A DNA stretch of 64,000 nt from Tubiluchus corallicola (Eukaryota; Animalia; Priapulida). The notes beneath the pieces are model-generated. The model did no database searches, was not told where the DNA came from, and saw nothing but the letters and a program-made list of their open reading frames with translations. Shown here in pieces: positions 48,796 through 61,439 of this stretch. Position 1 is the stretch's first letter. Every line of letters begins with the position of its first letter. The position numbers were made by a program, and so were the translations under genes. Where the stretch lies: positions 3,209-67,208 of the forward strand of contig JAQGDQ010001055.1 in NCBI GenBank assembly GCA_030141605.1, given 5' to 3'.

Positions 48796-51700
48796 ACATT
48801 TTTCGACTTTCAACCTTGATACCAAATTACATTGTAAATTCTAAACGAAATTTCCTATTGTCTTCAAAATGGAAAACAGCAAGCAGGTAAAAAACAGTAG
48901 GTGTAAATTAACATACAGTGCTTGAACGTAATCTAGAAAAACTTTGCAATTAACAATTTCACACTTCAGCAAAAATTCAGCACACTTTTAATTTACGGCT
49001 TCACCCATCAAATGTCAATAAAACAAAACTGAATTCGTTGTCAGACTGTGGGAGTCGCATTCTATACATGTATAAGAGAATAAAATAAATCAACGGAGTA
49101 AGAAAGTCAACAAACAAGACAGCAAAAAACCGCCGTGTATAACTTTTAAAAGCCACGGTTATAAATACATCAGCAGAAGTAAAACAGCGTCAGTATTTGC
49201 TTTCAATCTTCCTCCAACATTTCTCTTGAGCAGACAGCTGAATCACAATATGGTTAGCATCAATGGCTTCCCAAGCTCCTTGGCTTCACAAACTTGTGGA
49301 TTTTGTCAAAATCATTTTAGAGATAGCAGGTAACTGGATAACTATACTGCATGTTAAAAGCATTAAAAAATTTTTAATAGGCCGCCAATTATTTTTGAAG
49401 TTAGAATCAGTACTAGCAAGATGATGCAGATAAAGATAGGTGAAATCCGATGAAAAAGCTCTTAGATTAAAATCAACGCAATTTGCATCACAAAACACAC
49501 AATATTTTTAACACACTAAAGTTCGCTGAGTATTTTTACAGCATAGTTATTTACTATTCTGATGGTTGTTAAGAAAAAATATCTTTGAGTCAATGCTGTT
49601 ATGTGAAATAGTGGTACTCTGGCCTTGTCTGGAATTCTCTACACATACATGTATTTCAACCTTGAATATCACCGCTTCTTGAACTTACATACTTGACTGA
49701 CCTGTTAATTATTTTTTCTTGCATATATGCCATTCTTACCCCTTTTTTTAGCTTTACCTACATGTATATAACACACCTATACAACAGCGTTTTTCTTTGT
49801 GATTACTTTCGACTTTATAAAGCATGACCGTGGAGTCAACCTTATGAGTATTGTATCTCCAATTCTGACTCTGACTGCGACCCCTACTTTCCTATAACTA
49901 CTCAAATTAAGACCTATATTGTTACATTGATAGAAAACAAACTCTGATTTGTCCGGAATCTTAACTTAATGACTAATAAAAGTACCAGTGAAATAGCATA
50001 ATAACAAAAAAAATGTTTTCAAATAATTTTCGAACATGCTGTGTCCATCGCCAGTCAAGTCCAAGATCCATAATTTTCATTTTTATTTGACTATCAATGG
50101 ACGCAGAGTGTTCGAAAGCTATCAGATTAAATTTAAGATATTTTACATTTTCGTGTCACCTCATTGCTATTTTTATTAATTATTGATATTTTTGTGTTAT
50201 CTCATTGTTATTTTTCTTAATTATTGATAAAAAAATTACCGATTTATTATTGACACTTCAGCATCCGAAACGGAAGTCATCAAGCTACTTTTTACTTATT
50301 TTTGGGATCCCAATCTATGTAATTGTAGCTATATTTCAAATGAGTTAAAAAAACTTGTTTACACTGCTTGCAAAGAAAATTTTAAATATATAGCTTACTT
50401 TTCCTATTTGCTATTTTAGCAAAATGCTGTGAAATGTAAGAAATCCATTGTAAAAAACACTGAACAGTGAACACTTTACCACTGTCCATGGTTAGCAAAC
50501 ACTACAAAATTTACTCAACACAAGATATTATCCTAATTCTGATGTTTATTAATTTAGGCTCTGATGATGGACTTTCTGTACTGATACTGGGTGGCAGCAT
50601 GTTGTATTTTCAATAAGCTGAACACTTTATTAAAGAAATACTACTGTGTCACAAGAATGTGTTCGGGTTCTAATTTTCTTATTCAGAAATTTCTTATTTC
50701 TTAATTTTTATTAGCTTATTAAATGCTTTGATTTCACATTCCAGAATTTAAGATCTACACAGCCCTTAGTCACAAGAGTTATAAATATTTTACCAAATTT
50801 CCCATAAGATTATAAATTTGTACGCCTCAGTTAATATCGCAGAGCAGTTCTGGGATAAGTTTATAAAAGCACAGTTTATCTTGCTCAAAAGATGCTTTAA
50901 TTTTTTGCATGCCCAGTACGTATTAGCAACAGCTGTGCCCAGAACCCCGAAGCCATGTGCCTATCTACTGTGGCATGCAGAAATCCTTTTTACGAGCGTT
51001 ACAAGCTTAAGCCCATTAGGCTTCAATGCACAAGGGAGACTCAGGCATGCCAAAATACAACGTGAAAACAAACTGAGCTACTTGTGATCAGGGTATTAAA
51101 AGTTGTTACAAAAGTTGAAGTAACTGGCAAAAAATTAAAATTAAAATTGGAATTCGATTTAAAAATCTTCATGTATTTAAAAGAGGCAACGGTTAGGATT
51201 GAAACTGTTTCCACAGGAAGGCAAAGCATCTGACAGCATTCAACGTGAAAAACTATTAATTCTACAGTGTGAAAAATCGCTTTTTTATGCTACCAGAGCA
51301 CTCTAAACTCAATGCCTTTTGTAAAAAGCTGTTTATAAAGCTATTTCACTGCATTCATGTGCTCAAGAAGGATGGCTAAGAAGCCAAAAACAGATGGCGC
51401 TCTAAGTCTGTGGAAACTGGCGAGCTTCTAAATTTGACCAAAAATTTAGCCCATGTGGCTTATGGCTGTATCAAGTTTCCAGTTTAAAAAATTCAACTAT
51501 TACTTACCGTTACGGGAGCAATTGAAACCCAAAACTTCAGCTTTCTATTTTCTCATATATCCTACAAAAAAGTAAAATCACAAGATGATATAAGGAGCAG
51601 AGAACATTTGGAGAAAAACACACTTCTTCAAAATTTATGAGTAAAAGGTATTTCCTGAGAAAAGAATATGGTCACTGAACATTTTCAACATAGACTTCTG

Positions 51701-54700
51701 ACAAAAACAGCATGAAATTCAAGATGGTCTAAACAAAAGATCCACACATTTTTTGTCTAACTTAGCAAATGTGTGAAATAACAAATCATATACGTCAACA
51801 TTAAACAATGAACCTCTTACAATGATTATTGACTAAAATGGCTGCCTAACCTTACATCAGTAGCAAAAAATATATCTCAAATTAATGCTACGTCAAGGCA
51901 AGACAGAAAGGGAGGAAAAATATCATGTCAGCATTTCACCATGAATGATTATTAATGTAAGGCAGCTACTAGCTTAAAGAGGGGTTGCTTCAAAATTAAT
52001 TTTTAAATTAATGCAACTAAAATCTCACTTTTTCAACATTTGTGTTAGACAATGTATTCAACCAAAGTACATATATTACATGGATAAGCTATTCAGCAAC
52101 CACTAGTGTTGACTAGACTCTACATAACAGTATATACATTACGTGGATGGTGTCTGATAGACGAAACCTAACTGGAAATGACATTGGGAGGAGATCATGC
52201 ATGCAATAAGACCATTCGTAAGACATGCCTAATCTAACCAACAGGGCAAGAAGATAAGCAGACATGACATATGGCGATTTGCACTGTAACGAGGAATGGA
52301 TGAAAATATGCCTTTATTTCTATGTTTTCAATTTCACATCATACACATGTAAGAAAGTGAAGATATCTTGCAAAATTTAATGTGGTATGTAATTTGGAAA
52401 TCTTAATTTCAATAGAAACAGAATAGACACAACAGCCACAGATTGTCATAGTTTTACTGATGGCAAACAACTATCACTCTGAATGTTTTGACATTTTTCC
52501 TATGCATGCTTCTGTGAACACAATATGACAATGACATAAGAACAATGCCAAAACATCATACTGATTGTCTTCTCAGTGACTGTTGTGATATTTTATTTCT
52601 GTTGAAAATTTACATGAATCTGTTTTCACTGTTCAGATGTAAACAAATATTTAATATTTTACATTTAGGCCAGTAAGATCACTACAAGAGTATATACCAG
52701 TAATATATAAGCTAATAAAATACAAGAATTTGTCTTGTTGTGCAGCATACTCATTTCAAAAATAAATAGCGCGGTACAGCAAAAGTTAAATTCACAGTCT
52801 TAAAGAATAAATGTAGAGCAACATGAAGATGACATTAGTTTCTGAACTGAATTCTGTATTTTTTCAGTCTAAAAGAACAAGTATATATAGCAACACTGTC
52901 TTTTTTCTAAATTTCTAGTTTCGTCCAACTATCATTAAAGGCAATAAAAAAGCATGTGCTCAACTTATGGCTCGACATAAAAACTACTGAATATATTGTA
53001 TATATTTAATAATAATAATAAAAACTACAAATCCTAGCAATTGTAACACTGACATTTACAAACTTATCGAAAAGCAAAAGAAATTGCAAGATAGAATGTT
53101 TTGCAAAATTAGCATTACTTATAAGAAAGCTATTAGAAATTTCCCAGATCAATTTAGGGAAGAATGCTGGGTGTCTAGTACAGATTAACACAGCGGACAA
53201 TTACACGGAACTGGCTAAATAAACTAAACTAAATCAACAAATTTCTGTTTTCTTGGCCATTTTTTACGCTGGTGCTTTTGAATGATAACTGTTTGACTTT
53301 TTTCGCGCCAGATTAAACAAATATGCAGACGCCATCTTCCAAGTTCTAAATTCCTTGCACTTGAGTTCACAAGCAGTCACACTACCACTTGGCAGTATCA
53401 AAGCATATCACTTTCATCATTACAAAGTTATTGAAGCAATTTTGAGGTCGGTGCTTCTGAAAGACATGCCGAAAATTTATACAAATTATATAAAAAGCAC
53501 ATGTAGGAGCAATCTTGAAAGCAAGTTACTGAGCCACTTGTAGATCACCTAATAATTGTCCAAAACAGATTATCATTTTGGCAGTTGCTGTGTAAAATGC
53601 ACAAATGCATGAACGCAAAATGCATTTGCAACAGATATAACAGCAGACTTTGGGAAGCAACCATAGATCAAATTATTAATTTTCATCTCTAAATAAATTG
53701 TATTTGTTAGATTTTTCAGCAAGAGAATGACGCCAAAGAAAAACTAATTATTGATAAACTGCTTATCACATAACAACGTCAAACGACGTGCTTTGAGATG
53801 TCTTGCTTTATCAACTGTCTAATCTAAATACTGAAAAACACTACACTGTTAATATTCTAATCCATTCATGCTTTATCCTCTACTACAAAATTTAATGACT
53901 AATTACCAAACATTTTCCTTCGATGAACTATCTTTAATAAGATAGCTTTAAAAACGTTGCAGTGAAAACTACATACGGATTGTATGTTGCATATATAATT
54001 ATTAAGCCAGCAGTAGAATAAGGACTCAGAATTTAAGTGCACATTCCACTTATTGCCATAATATTAAAATGCAAGAATCAATTGCATTTATAATTGTTGG
54101 CAAAAGAATGAATATTATGATGTAGAAAATTAGTTTACTGATTAAGAAAAATATAAAACAGAGAAAGTAGAAATTGTACATGAATAGTACATAAAATGAC
54201 AGCTAATTCCAGTGTTCTTAGTATTTGAAATTAAATCTTAGATCTTCAAATCTTAGAAGTCTATTTTTGGCAAATAATAAAAATACAGATGTTTTTATTT
54301 CTTGCTGAACACATTTTAAAGTGAAACAAAAGATTAATTTGATGAAAGAGAAAAACACTTGTAAGGAAAATACTGAGGGCAAACAATATTTGCAAAAATT
54401 TGGTTTACTCTCCAGGGCAAGTAAGGCAAATAGCTGGCTCAAATTTTTAAATTTCAATACCCTTAATACTTTTAAGAGAAAACAACACAAAAAGCACACA
54501 GAAAACATGATGATATGGCCATAATCACTCAATCTATAACTTCATATTTGTAATGAAGGCTTAAATTCTATATACGCTAGTGGTTAATAACTTTAATCAT
54601 GTGCAAAACAACATTTTATATCATAAAACACCATAAAAACTACTACTATGCCCCATACAAGTATTTTTCAGTGAATCAGCACAAGTTGTATAATTGTTAT

Positions 54701-55448
54701 AATTTAATTTAAATACTAACTGTGTAGCACTAAAAACTTTCTTTACTTCAGCTATTACAATTAGCAATTCTCAACTTTTGTTGTTTAAAATCCATTGCTT
54801 GTGTAAAAAATAGGTAATGCTTATACTATTACAATCAATATGCAATCCAAAAACTGGCATTTCATTTTTTATTTAAACATCAATGTTACTTTTTCCTTTA
54901 TAAGACAGCAGATTATATGACCTAAAAATTTAGTTTTCTATTGTTATACTGCCACGCTCACCACTGTCATTATTTATGTTTTATTACAGTAAAGTCAGTA
55001 TTTATATTAAGATACAGACAAAAACAAATGAAGATAAAAAATGTAATAGCAAAATTATATTGAATAACTTTTTTATGCTCTTCTAAAGGATTACTTACAA
55101 TAAAACGTTCCAAAGAACTCAAGCCTACTACACTCGGCCGTACAAATGTAATACCATCATCGATCTTCAGTTTAGCTACAGAAAAAACTACCTAAATCAG
55201 TAAATGTGTTGTGTAAAAATATGTGTCAGGTTCCGTAACTTCAAAAGCGTAAAAACGCTAGATGACATCAGAGGTACAATGCAAAACATGTACTTCCAAC
55301 CGTAAAACGCCGAAACAGAGTTCAAACTATAAGCTTTACTGCTGTACCGTAAGCTAAACCTTGCACTTGACGGACAACTGTTAAATACAATAATTTTATT
55401 ATCAAAGCATTAGTAATCTTGTTACGATGGACAGCGCAAAGTACTTAC

Positions 55449-55660
55449 CGATAAAAAGTATGTCATTTAGCAAGTAAAATAAAAGTAGTGCACGTAATAA
55501 CTATATCCACAATAAAAACATTTTACAATTTAAACATACTTAACGAAACAAACAGCTCAACAACGTAAACCTATTTTCTCTGTAACCGACGCGCGCTCCA
55601 TCTACTTCCTGTACGACGAAAAATGTCAAATTTTGACGTTTTACTGCCATCTCTTGACAA
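55449..55660 (-). promoter_or_regulatory. Putative ZO-1 promoter and non-coding first exon
   Basis: Consensus donor CG|GTAAGT at ~55449, a local CpG cluster (CCGACGCGCGC), ETS-like ACTTCCTG and CTCF-like CTGCCATCTCTTG. Assignment to ZO-1 is inferred. Confidence 0.4.
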
Positions 55661-57137
55661 ATCCACAACAAAATTAAAGTGATATTGGGATAATAACACA
55701 TAGATATTTATAATTATTATTACTGTGGGATAACACCAAAACAAGAACTACTGCACACATTACATGATTACACAATCATAAAAAAATTGATGTATGGGCA
55801 AGATAACATGCTGTTATAATTTGTTTTAAAATTAATTTAGCTCTGCAAACTTTGTTGCAGCGCTTCACAAGATGCCAGTCACAAAGCTGACGTTAAGCTG
55901 TCTACCAAACTTAAAATATTGCTCTTGATAATGAGGTATATATTTTTAATGTCTGAGAAATATTTTTAGCACAGTAAAAGAAATTCACCAAAACAATATA
56001 CATCATTTTTTACTTTATTACATTTCTGCATAAGTTCGGGAAGAATATTTTATCAGTGTGGTGAAATAAATTTAACTGGGTAGCCCCTAGCATATTTTAA
56101 ATATTGCTCAACAAGCACATTTATAAAAAAATTTACAGTTACTAATTGGCCATTTCAATTTTGTTGACAACTTTTTCAGAAGCTATTTTTATCTCATGCA
56201 AATGTGTGCAGCTGTAACATGCAGTGCGCAGCTTTAACATTAATATTGGAAGCTTTGGGATAAATCAGAGTGCCGATTTGGGATTAATATACTACCGATT
56301 TATGAACATCAGATTGAAAATAACTTTTTGCAAAACGTATAGGTAATTAAATTTCCTACAATGCACTCATTACATTGGACAAATCATAATTTTATAAAGT
56401 CAAAGTCAATGAAAAATCTATCTGATCCAACAAACTCTAAAATTTAATAATCACAGCCAAACTTCTTCATACCACCTACTTTGGGACATCAAAGAAATTG
56501 GCATTACAACCAGTTTCACATTAATAACAAGGTGCATTAATACATATGTCTAAGCAAGTATACATATTTTGTTTTGTAAAAAATTTTGGCGTTAAGCGAG
56601 GTTGGCATTATAAAGGGAGCATTATAGCAAGGCTTGACTACAATAAAAATTAAAGACAGAACGTGTTACTTGCTTATGCTTTTGGGTTGTTTTATTAAAT
56701 ATTTCTTATACTGCCTAGCTTATTATTAGCGCTGCATTATTCACATAACCTTAACCTGTGGTTGCTCATTTGTTTTTTGCTCATCTGGGAGCAAAAAATT
56801 ACAAAAGATAAATCCATTTAAGTGTCTGCTTGATAAATAATCAGCTACCACGGTGTCATAAATTCTGAATTGGAGATGTTTATTATACCTGTACTCAAAT
56901 AAGCCACACTTAATTCTCCGTTAAGGTCAACTCTGATAAATGTTAGACAACTGAAAAATATAAATGAATAATAATATGTAAAAGTTAATTCTGAGCGATA
57001 AAGAACAAAAACAATGTCAGGATTATGTTCTCTGGAAATTTATTATTATGTTATGTACACATTAACCATTATCATTACCAATATTGTAAAAATTCCATTT
57101 CTGTGTTTTATTGGCTTCTAGTATTCACCACTATGCA

Positions 57138-58502
57138 TCACCTAATGTCACTCTCTGGAGCTTGTTTATGAGCAAGATATAGAAACACTATACTTGAAAG
57201 TGCACTAACAAGAAATATCACATCAAACCAACGGTGATAAAAGTTAAACTGCAAGTCACCGAGCACTTCCGTTATGATAGAACGGTATTCGGGCGGCATG
57301 TTCATTCTCATAAGCAGCACCGACGAAACAAAGTACATGCCCATAATCTGAGCTAGTGCGAGAACTATGATGTTCGATGATCGGCTACTCGATATGGCAT
57401 AAAAAAACTTCGTTAGTGTAATGAGAAGCCCACGAATTGACGTCACCACAATAATTCCTACCAAAATGAACGATATGTGCTGAGACCAAAACTTTACATC
57501 AAATTGGATACCCAGATAATCGACCGCAATCTCAAAACCACGTGTTATGGGATCTTTTTTTCCGACACGATTAAAAATGATGTTGATGGTTGCCATAAAT
57601 ATCTTGTAAGAACAGTAGAGGGAGAAGAAGTAACCGAGGAAGTTGTACCAGCGACCTTTAAGCGTTTTTGAGTACTCTATGCGTTCGCGCATGTTGTGCA
57701 TATCGGAAACTTCCAGAAAGAGTTGTCGGCTCAACTCCTCGAGAGTAAGTATTTCCTGTTGAAGGAGGCTCGTGTTCTCTCCTGATCGCATGGAAGCAGC
57801 ATTTTTCAGCATCCCCCATATGCCTCCAGCAACTGAACTTGTGGCACTTGACTTTAACAGTTCTCTCTTTGCCAAGGCAATTCTCTTCTTCTTTACCAAA
57901 ATGATGTCCATTGTCTGTGTTAGTTTTCTCTCTAAACTTTCAATATCTTTATCAGAAACATGCTGTACAAAGTACGACATGTATGTATACGGACAGTTAA
58001 CTGCTCCAAATCCAGACAATAAAGCCATTAGTGTTACCCCTATAACACCTACACGACTTATGCCTTGCTCGATGGAAAGTATTCCATGTTTTGGACTTAG
58101 TATGGGAAAAGGATCTCCTATTTTCCAAAAAAAATAAATGAAGGTTGCCCATATTATGAAAGTCAGCCAGTAAACGAGCTTACGTTTCACAAATCGGATA
58201 TTACTGACGATGTAGTAAGCAATGTAGAAGGGAAGCAGCACAATAACACTGCAAAGCATTAAGTACAAACCCAGTTTCCAATGAAAATAACGTGATCCGG
58301 AGTCCAAAAACCCAAGAATTTCAAAAATTATCAATTCGAACATTGTACATGATAGAGAAAAGGTAGCAGAAAAGAGTAACTGAACGGTGCGATGGTGAAT
58401 TTCATAGTCCTTGAACAGTTGTTTGACAAAGAAAACCCAACCCCCAACAAAGAAAAGTACTTGTGTGAATAACATCAATGCTGTGTCAAACAAAAGTCCC
58501 AT
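57138..58502 (-). CDS. GPR89: Golgi pH regulator (GPHR), single coding exon, 454 aa
   Basis: Multi-pass membrane protein with family motifs FSATFSLSCTMFELIIFEILG, FWKIGDPFPILSPKHGILSIEQ, ISRVGVIGVTLMALLSGFGAVNCPYTYMSYF, QIMGMYFVSSVLLMRM and LQFNFYHRWFDVIFLVSALSS. A 5'UTR acceptor lies at 58584-86. Confidence 0.97.
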   Translation of the reverse strand: MGLLFDTALMLFTQVLFFVGGWVFFVKQLFKDYEIHHRTVQLLFSATFSLSCTMFELIIFEILGFLDSGSRYFHWKLGLYLMLCSVIVLLPFYIAYYIVSNIRFVKRKLVYWLTFIIWATFIYFFWKIGDPFPILSPKHGILSIEQGISRVGVIGVTLMALLSGFGAVNCPYTYMSYFVQHVSDKDIESLERKLTQTMDIILVKKKRIALAKRELLKSSATSSVAGGIWGMLKNAASMRSGENTSLLQQEILTLEELSRQLFLEVSDMHNMRERIEYSKTLKGRWYNFLGYFFSLYCSYKIFMATINIIFNRVGKKDPITRGFEIAVDYLGIQFDVKFWSQHISFILVGIIVVTSIRGLLITLTKFFYAISSSRSSNIIVLALAQIMGMYFVSSVLLMRMNMPPEYRSIITEVLGDLQFNFYHRWFDVIFLVSALSSIVFLYLAHKQAPESDIR

Positions 58503-60217
58503 CCTGCTACTTTCTATGTTTCTCTAGCTTGTTTTAATGTTTCTATAGCAATGAACTGCGTGCATTAAGTATGCATCTTAGACCTGAAATACAAAAGTAC
58601 ACTATTTAGTTTCAAAAATAATAATTTAATAAGTCCACTGAAAAACAAAATACGGTAAATGCATAGGTATGAATGCTGCGTATGCGCAAAGACAGATTGC
58701 TAGGCAAACAATGGGTGCCGTGATGTGCAATACAAAAACTAACTTTGACTAACACACTTTTGAAATATTGTTCGATATGCAACCAAGTAATCTCTCTCTG
58801 CACACATATGACATGTAAATCAATATGACAGCAGCTTTAGAAATTTAATTGTGAGGTTACAATTTCTGAGGTTACAAAGTTTCAGGTTTCGTAATTTTAA
58901 ATATGATTTAATGGTATCAGCCCACCTCCACTGGGTACATGAGTAGTACTGGTACATTACCTATAAAAAATCAACTATGCCTGCCACTTCAAGACTACCC
59001 CAATTGCTAAGCTGTTCCATTCTCAATAGTTTATTGAACAGTAAGAAATAGTAACAATATGAAATGCAGTCTTGATGTAAACCACGGGGTTGAATTTACC
59101 ATCGATTTTAGGCTTATATTTTGTTTCCAGATTTTTCGTATGAATGAACGCAAAGATGCATATAATTTATCAAACTTTTTATCTAAAAAAATTTTCATAA
59201 AATACAAGACAAAGGAGAGTGAGGTGGATAAAGGAAACTAAAGAAGGTAAATTTACAGAAAAATAAAACATATTTATTGAAATAGCCATCAAGAATACAG
59301 AACACGAGAAAGAACTTTCACCGAATGTGGTCTCTTCGAAGGATTATCATTAAATTTATGCTTTTAATGCTGCATACTCATTATACAGTCATTATTATTT
59401 TAGCTTAATGGTAGGTACCTTATCATTTAAGACAATTTACCTTTTAACCATTTAAAACAAATTACCATTTAACACAATTATCTTATTCTCTCTGTCACTT
59501 GCCTGTTACTATTGTCCATGGGCCTGTTTTACAGGTTCCTGGTCATGAATATGTACAAGCAAAGGCTCATTGAACAACTTCACACCAGCAGACTGAAAAA
59601 TAAATAGTAAAATAATAGCAATGCACAGTAAGCAGCTGGCTTTTTAAGGCAAGCGTTTACGAGTGGCAAATTAATAACAGCAGACTTATGGGTGGGTGTT
59701 ATACACAAGTACCAGGAGGCTTATCTGTTTGCAGACATTATAAAAAATGCTGTTTCAAATCATGAAGGCATTAAGCCAACCCCCTAAAAGTTAAAAAATG
59801 TGCAGTCAAGGTTTTGGGCTGCTACACTGTTTAAGACAACACTATGTGGGACGTTTGCTCTCATTCGTCAACCCAGCGTAATGTGGCACCGCGTACTACA
59901 TTGTCTTGTACAACTTCGTCATGTACTGCGCTGCATATATCATATACCAAAATGATGTATGGCCCAAAAAATTAACAATTATATCAAAAACATTTTACAT
60001 CATACTTATTCAACAATTAGTTTATCCGAGGAAAGGGGAAGAGCCAACTCAGTTAAACCACTGTGAATAGTAATCACAAAAGGCAAGATTCAGATTCCGA
60101 CTCATTTTTTTTCCCACATAGTAATTGTCAATTTATAATAAAGAATGTAAACTCATATCAAAGACATTTAAGGTTGAAGAAGAACTGACATATAGAATCA
60201 ACCGCCTTTAAACTTAC

Positions 60218-60755
60218 TTTCAGGACCGAAAAACTTCATGGACATAGTCCACGGGACACCATTTCTGGCAACAGAACACGAATTTCCACTTGAAATATTT
60301 TTCCTGAAAATTTTAACAGAAAAAGCTAGATGTTTTCCTCTCTTTATTGACAAAGATTCCACATTCTAATACTTACAAAACTTGCAATTAGATATTATTT
60401 AGAGGTAATAATTTTTTCCGCACGCATGTATATACTGCCATTTGTCCCTATGTACTCAAACACTTCCACTAATAAAACGATTTGACATTGGCAGAACTTG
60501 GCAGTGGTACAATGTTTGTTCAAGCGTCCGTGGATGTGTAGTTATATTGTGGACTATTTAGTTCTATAAATGGGCATTCTATGAAAATAAGGTTTACTGG
60601 GCTAAACTTCTTGGCCTTGCCAGCCTGCAGTATTAAAATTTCGTAAGTTTTAAACTGTTACCTTATTGGTTACCTGACTGGAGGATTTGTGGCTTCAAAT
60701 TACAATTACCCTAGCAACTGATCTTGCGATATAGCCACCAATCAGTGGCTAGTGT
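60218..60755 (-). promoter_or_regulatory. Putative GPR89 first exon / promoter
   Basis: Donor GTAAGT at ~60217, CCAAT boxes (60665-69, 60738-42) and RFX-like ATTACCCTAGCAAC (60705-18). Assignment is inferred. Confidence 0.3.
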
Positions 60756-61439
60756 CATAGAAAGTTCACAGTTTAATTACGTTTTACATTCATAACTACT
60801 ACCATCAGTACTGTAGTTAACAACATCACGCATTAAAGTGCTTGGACGTGTGAAATATTTTGAAGACTGATTGTTTACAAGGAACAGCATCAAACATTGT
60901 GTAACGAAGTTTTATCATGCTAAACATAGAGGTCCATCACCGGGTCGCCAATTTTTGATCTTTGGGACACTTGTACGATTTTCCACATGTGCTTACCTTT
61001 TACTTTCTAGCCATTTAAGCTTTAATTACCATTAAAATTAAAGGCAGTATTTAAGGCGGATGATTTGATCATCTTTCCTTTGGTATAAGTTATTTACATT
61101 TTTTATTGTAATTAGACAATTACTACATAATCATGGGAAAAAGTGAAAAATTAATCAACTTCAAAAGCCACTTTCACCAATCAATGAGCCACCCTTAATT
61201 ACGCAAAAAGCAATACGATAATAGTCACGGTAACCAGCCATAAAATGGTACTTACATTAATCAAAAAGGTTTGATAAAATTAACTGACTTACTAAGCAGT
61301 CCGGTATATGAAAACATATTACTGCACCATTTTAGATCTTATGTTTCAGTTTTTAAAGCAAAAGCTAATAAAAGTCGCCTCTGAAATTTGTGGCATGTGA
61401 CTTCTTTAAATATCTGAATATACACGAGCTACTCAACAC

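Noticed and set aside
55660-57138. Operon or SL trans-splicing between GPR89 and ZO-1
   Set aside because: Spacing and promoter-like motifs fit independent transcription; there is no sequence evidence for trans-splicing.
59300-59345. Second hammerhead-like motif on the minus strand (TCGAAGA-GACC..GGT-GAAA)
   Set aside because: The CUGA core is broken and helices I and III cannot be formed convincingly.
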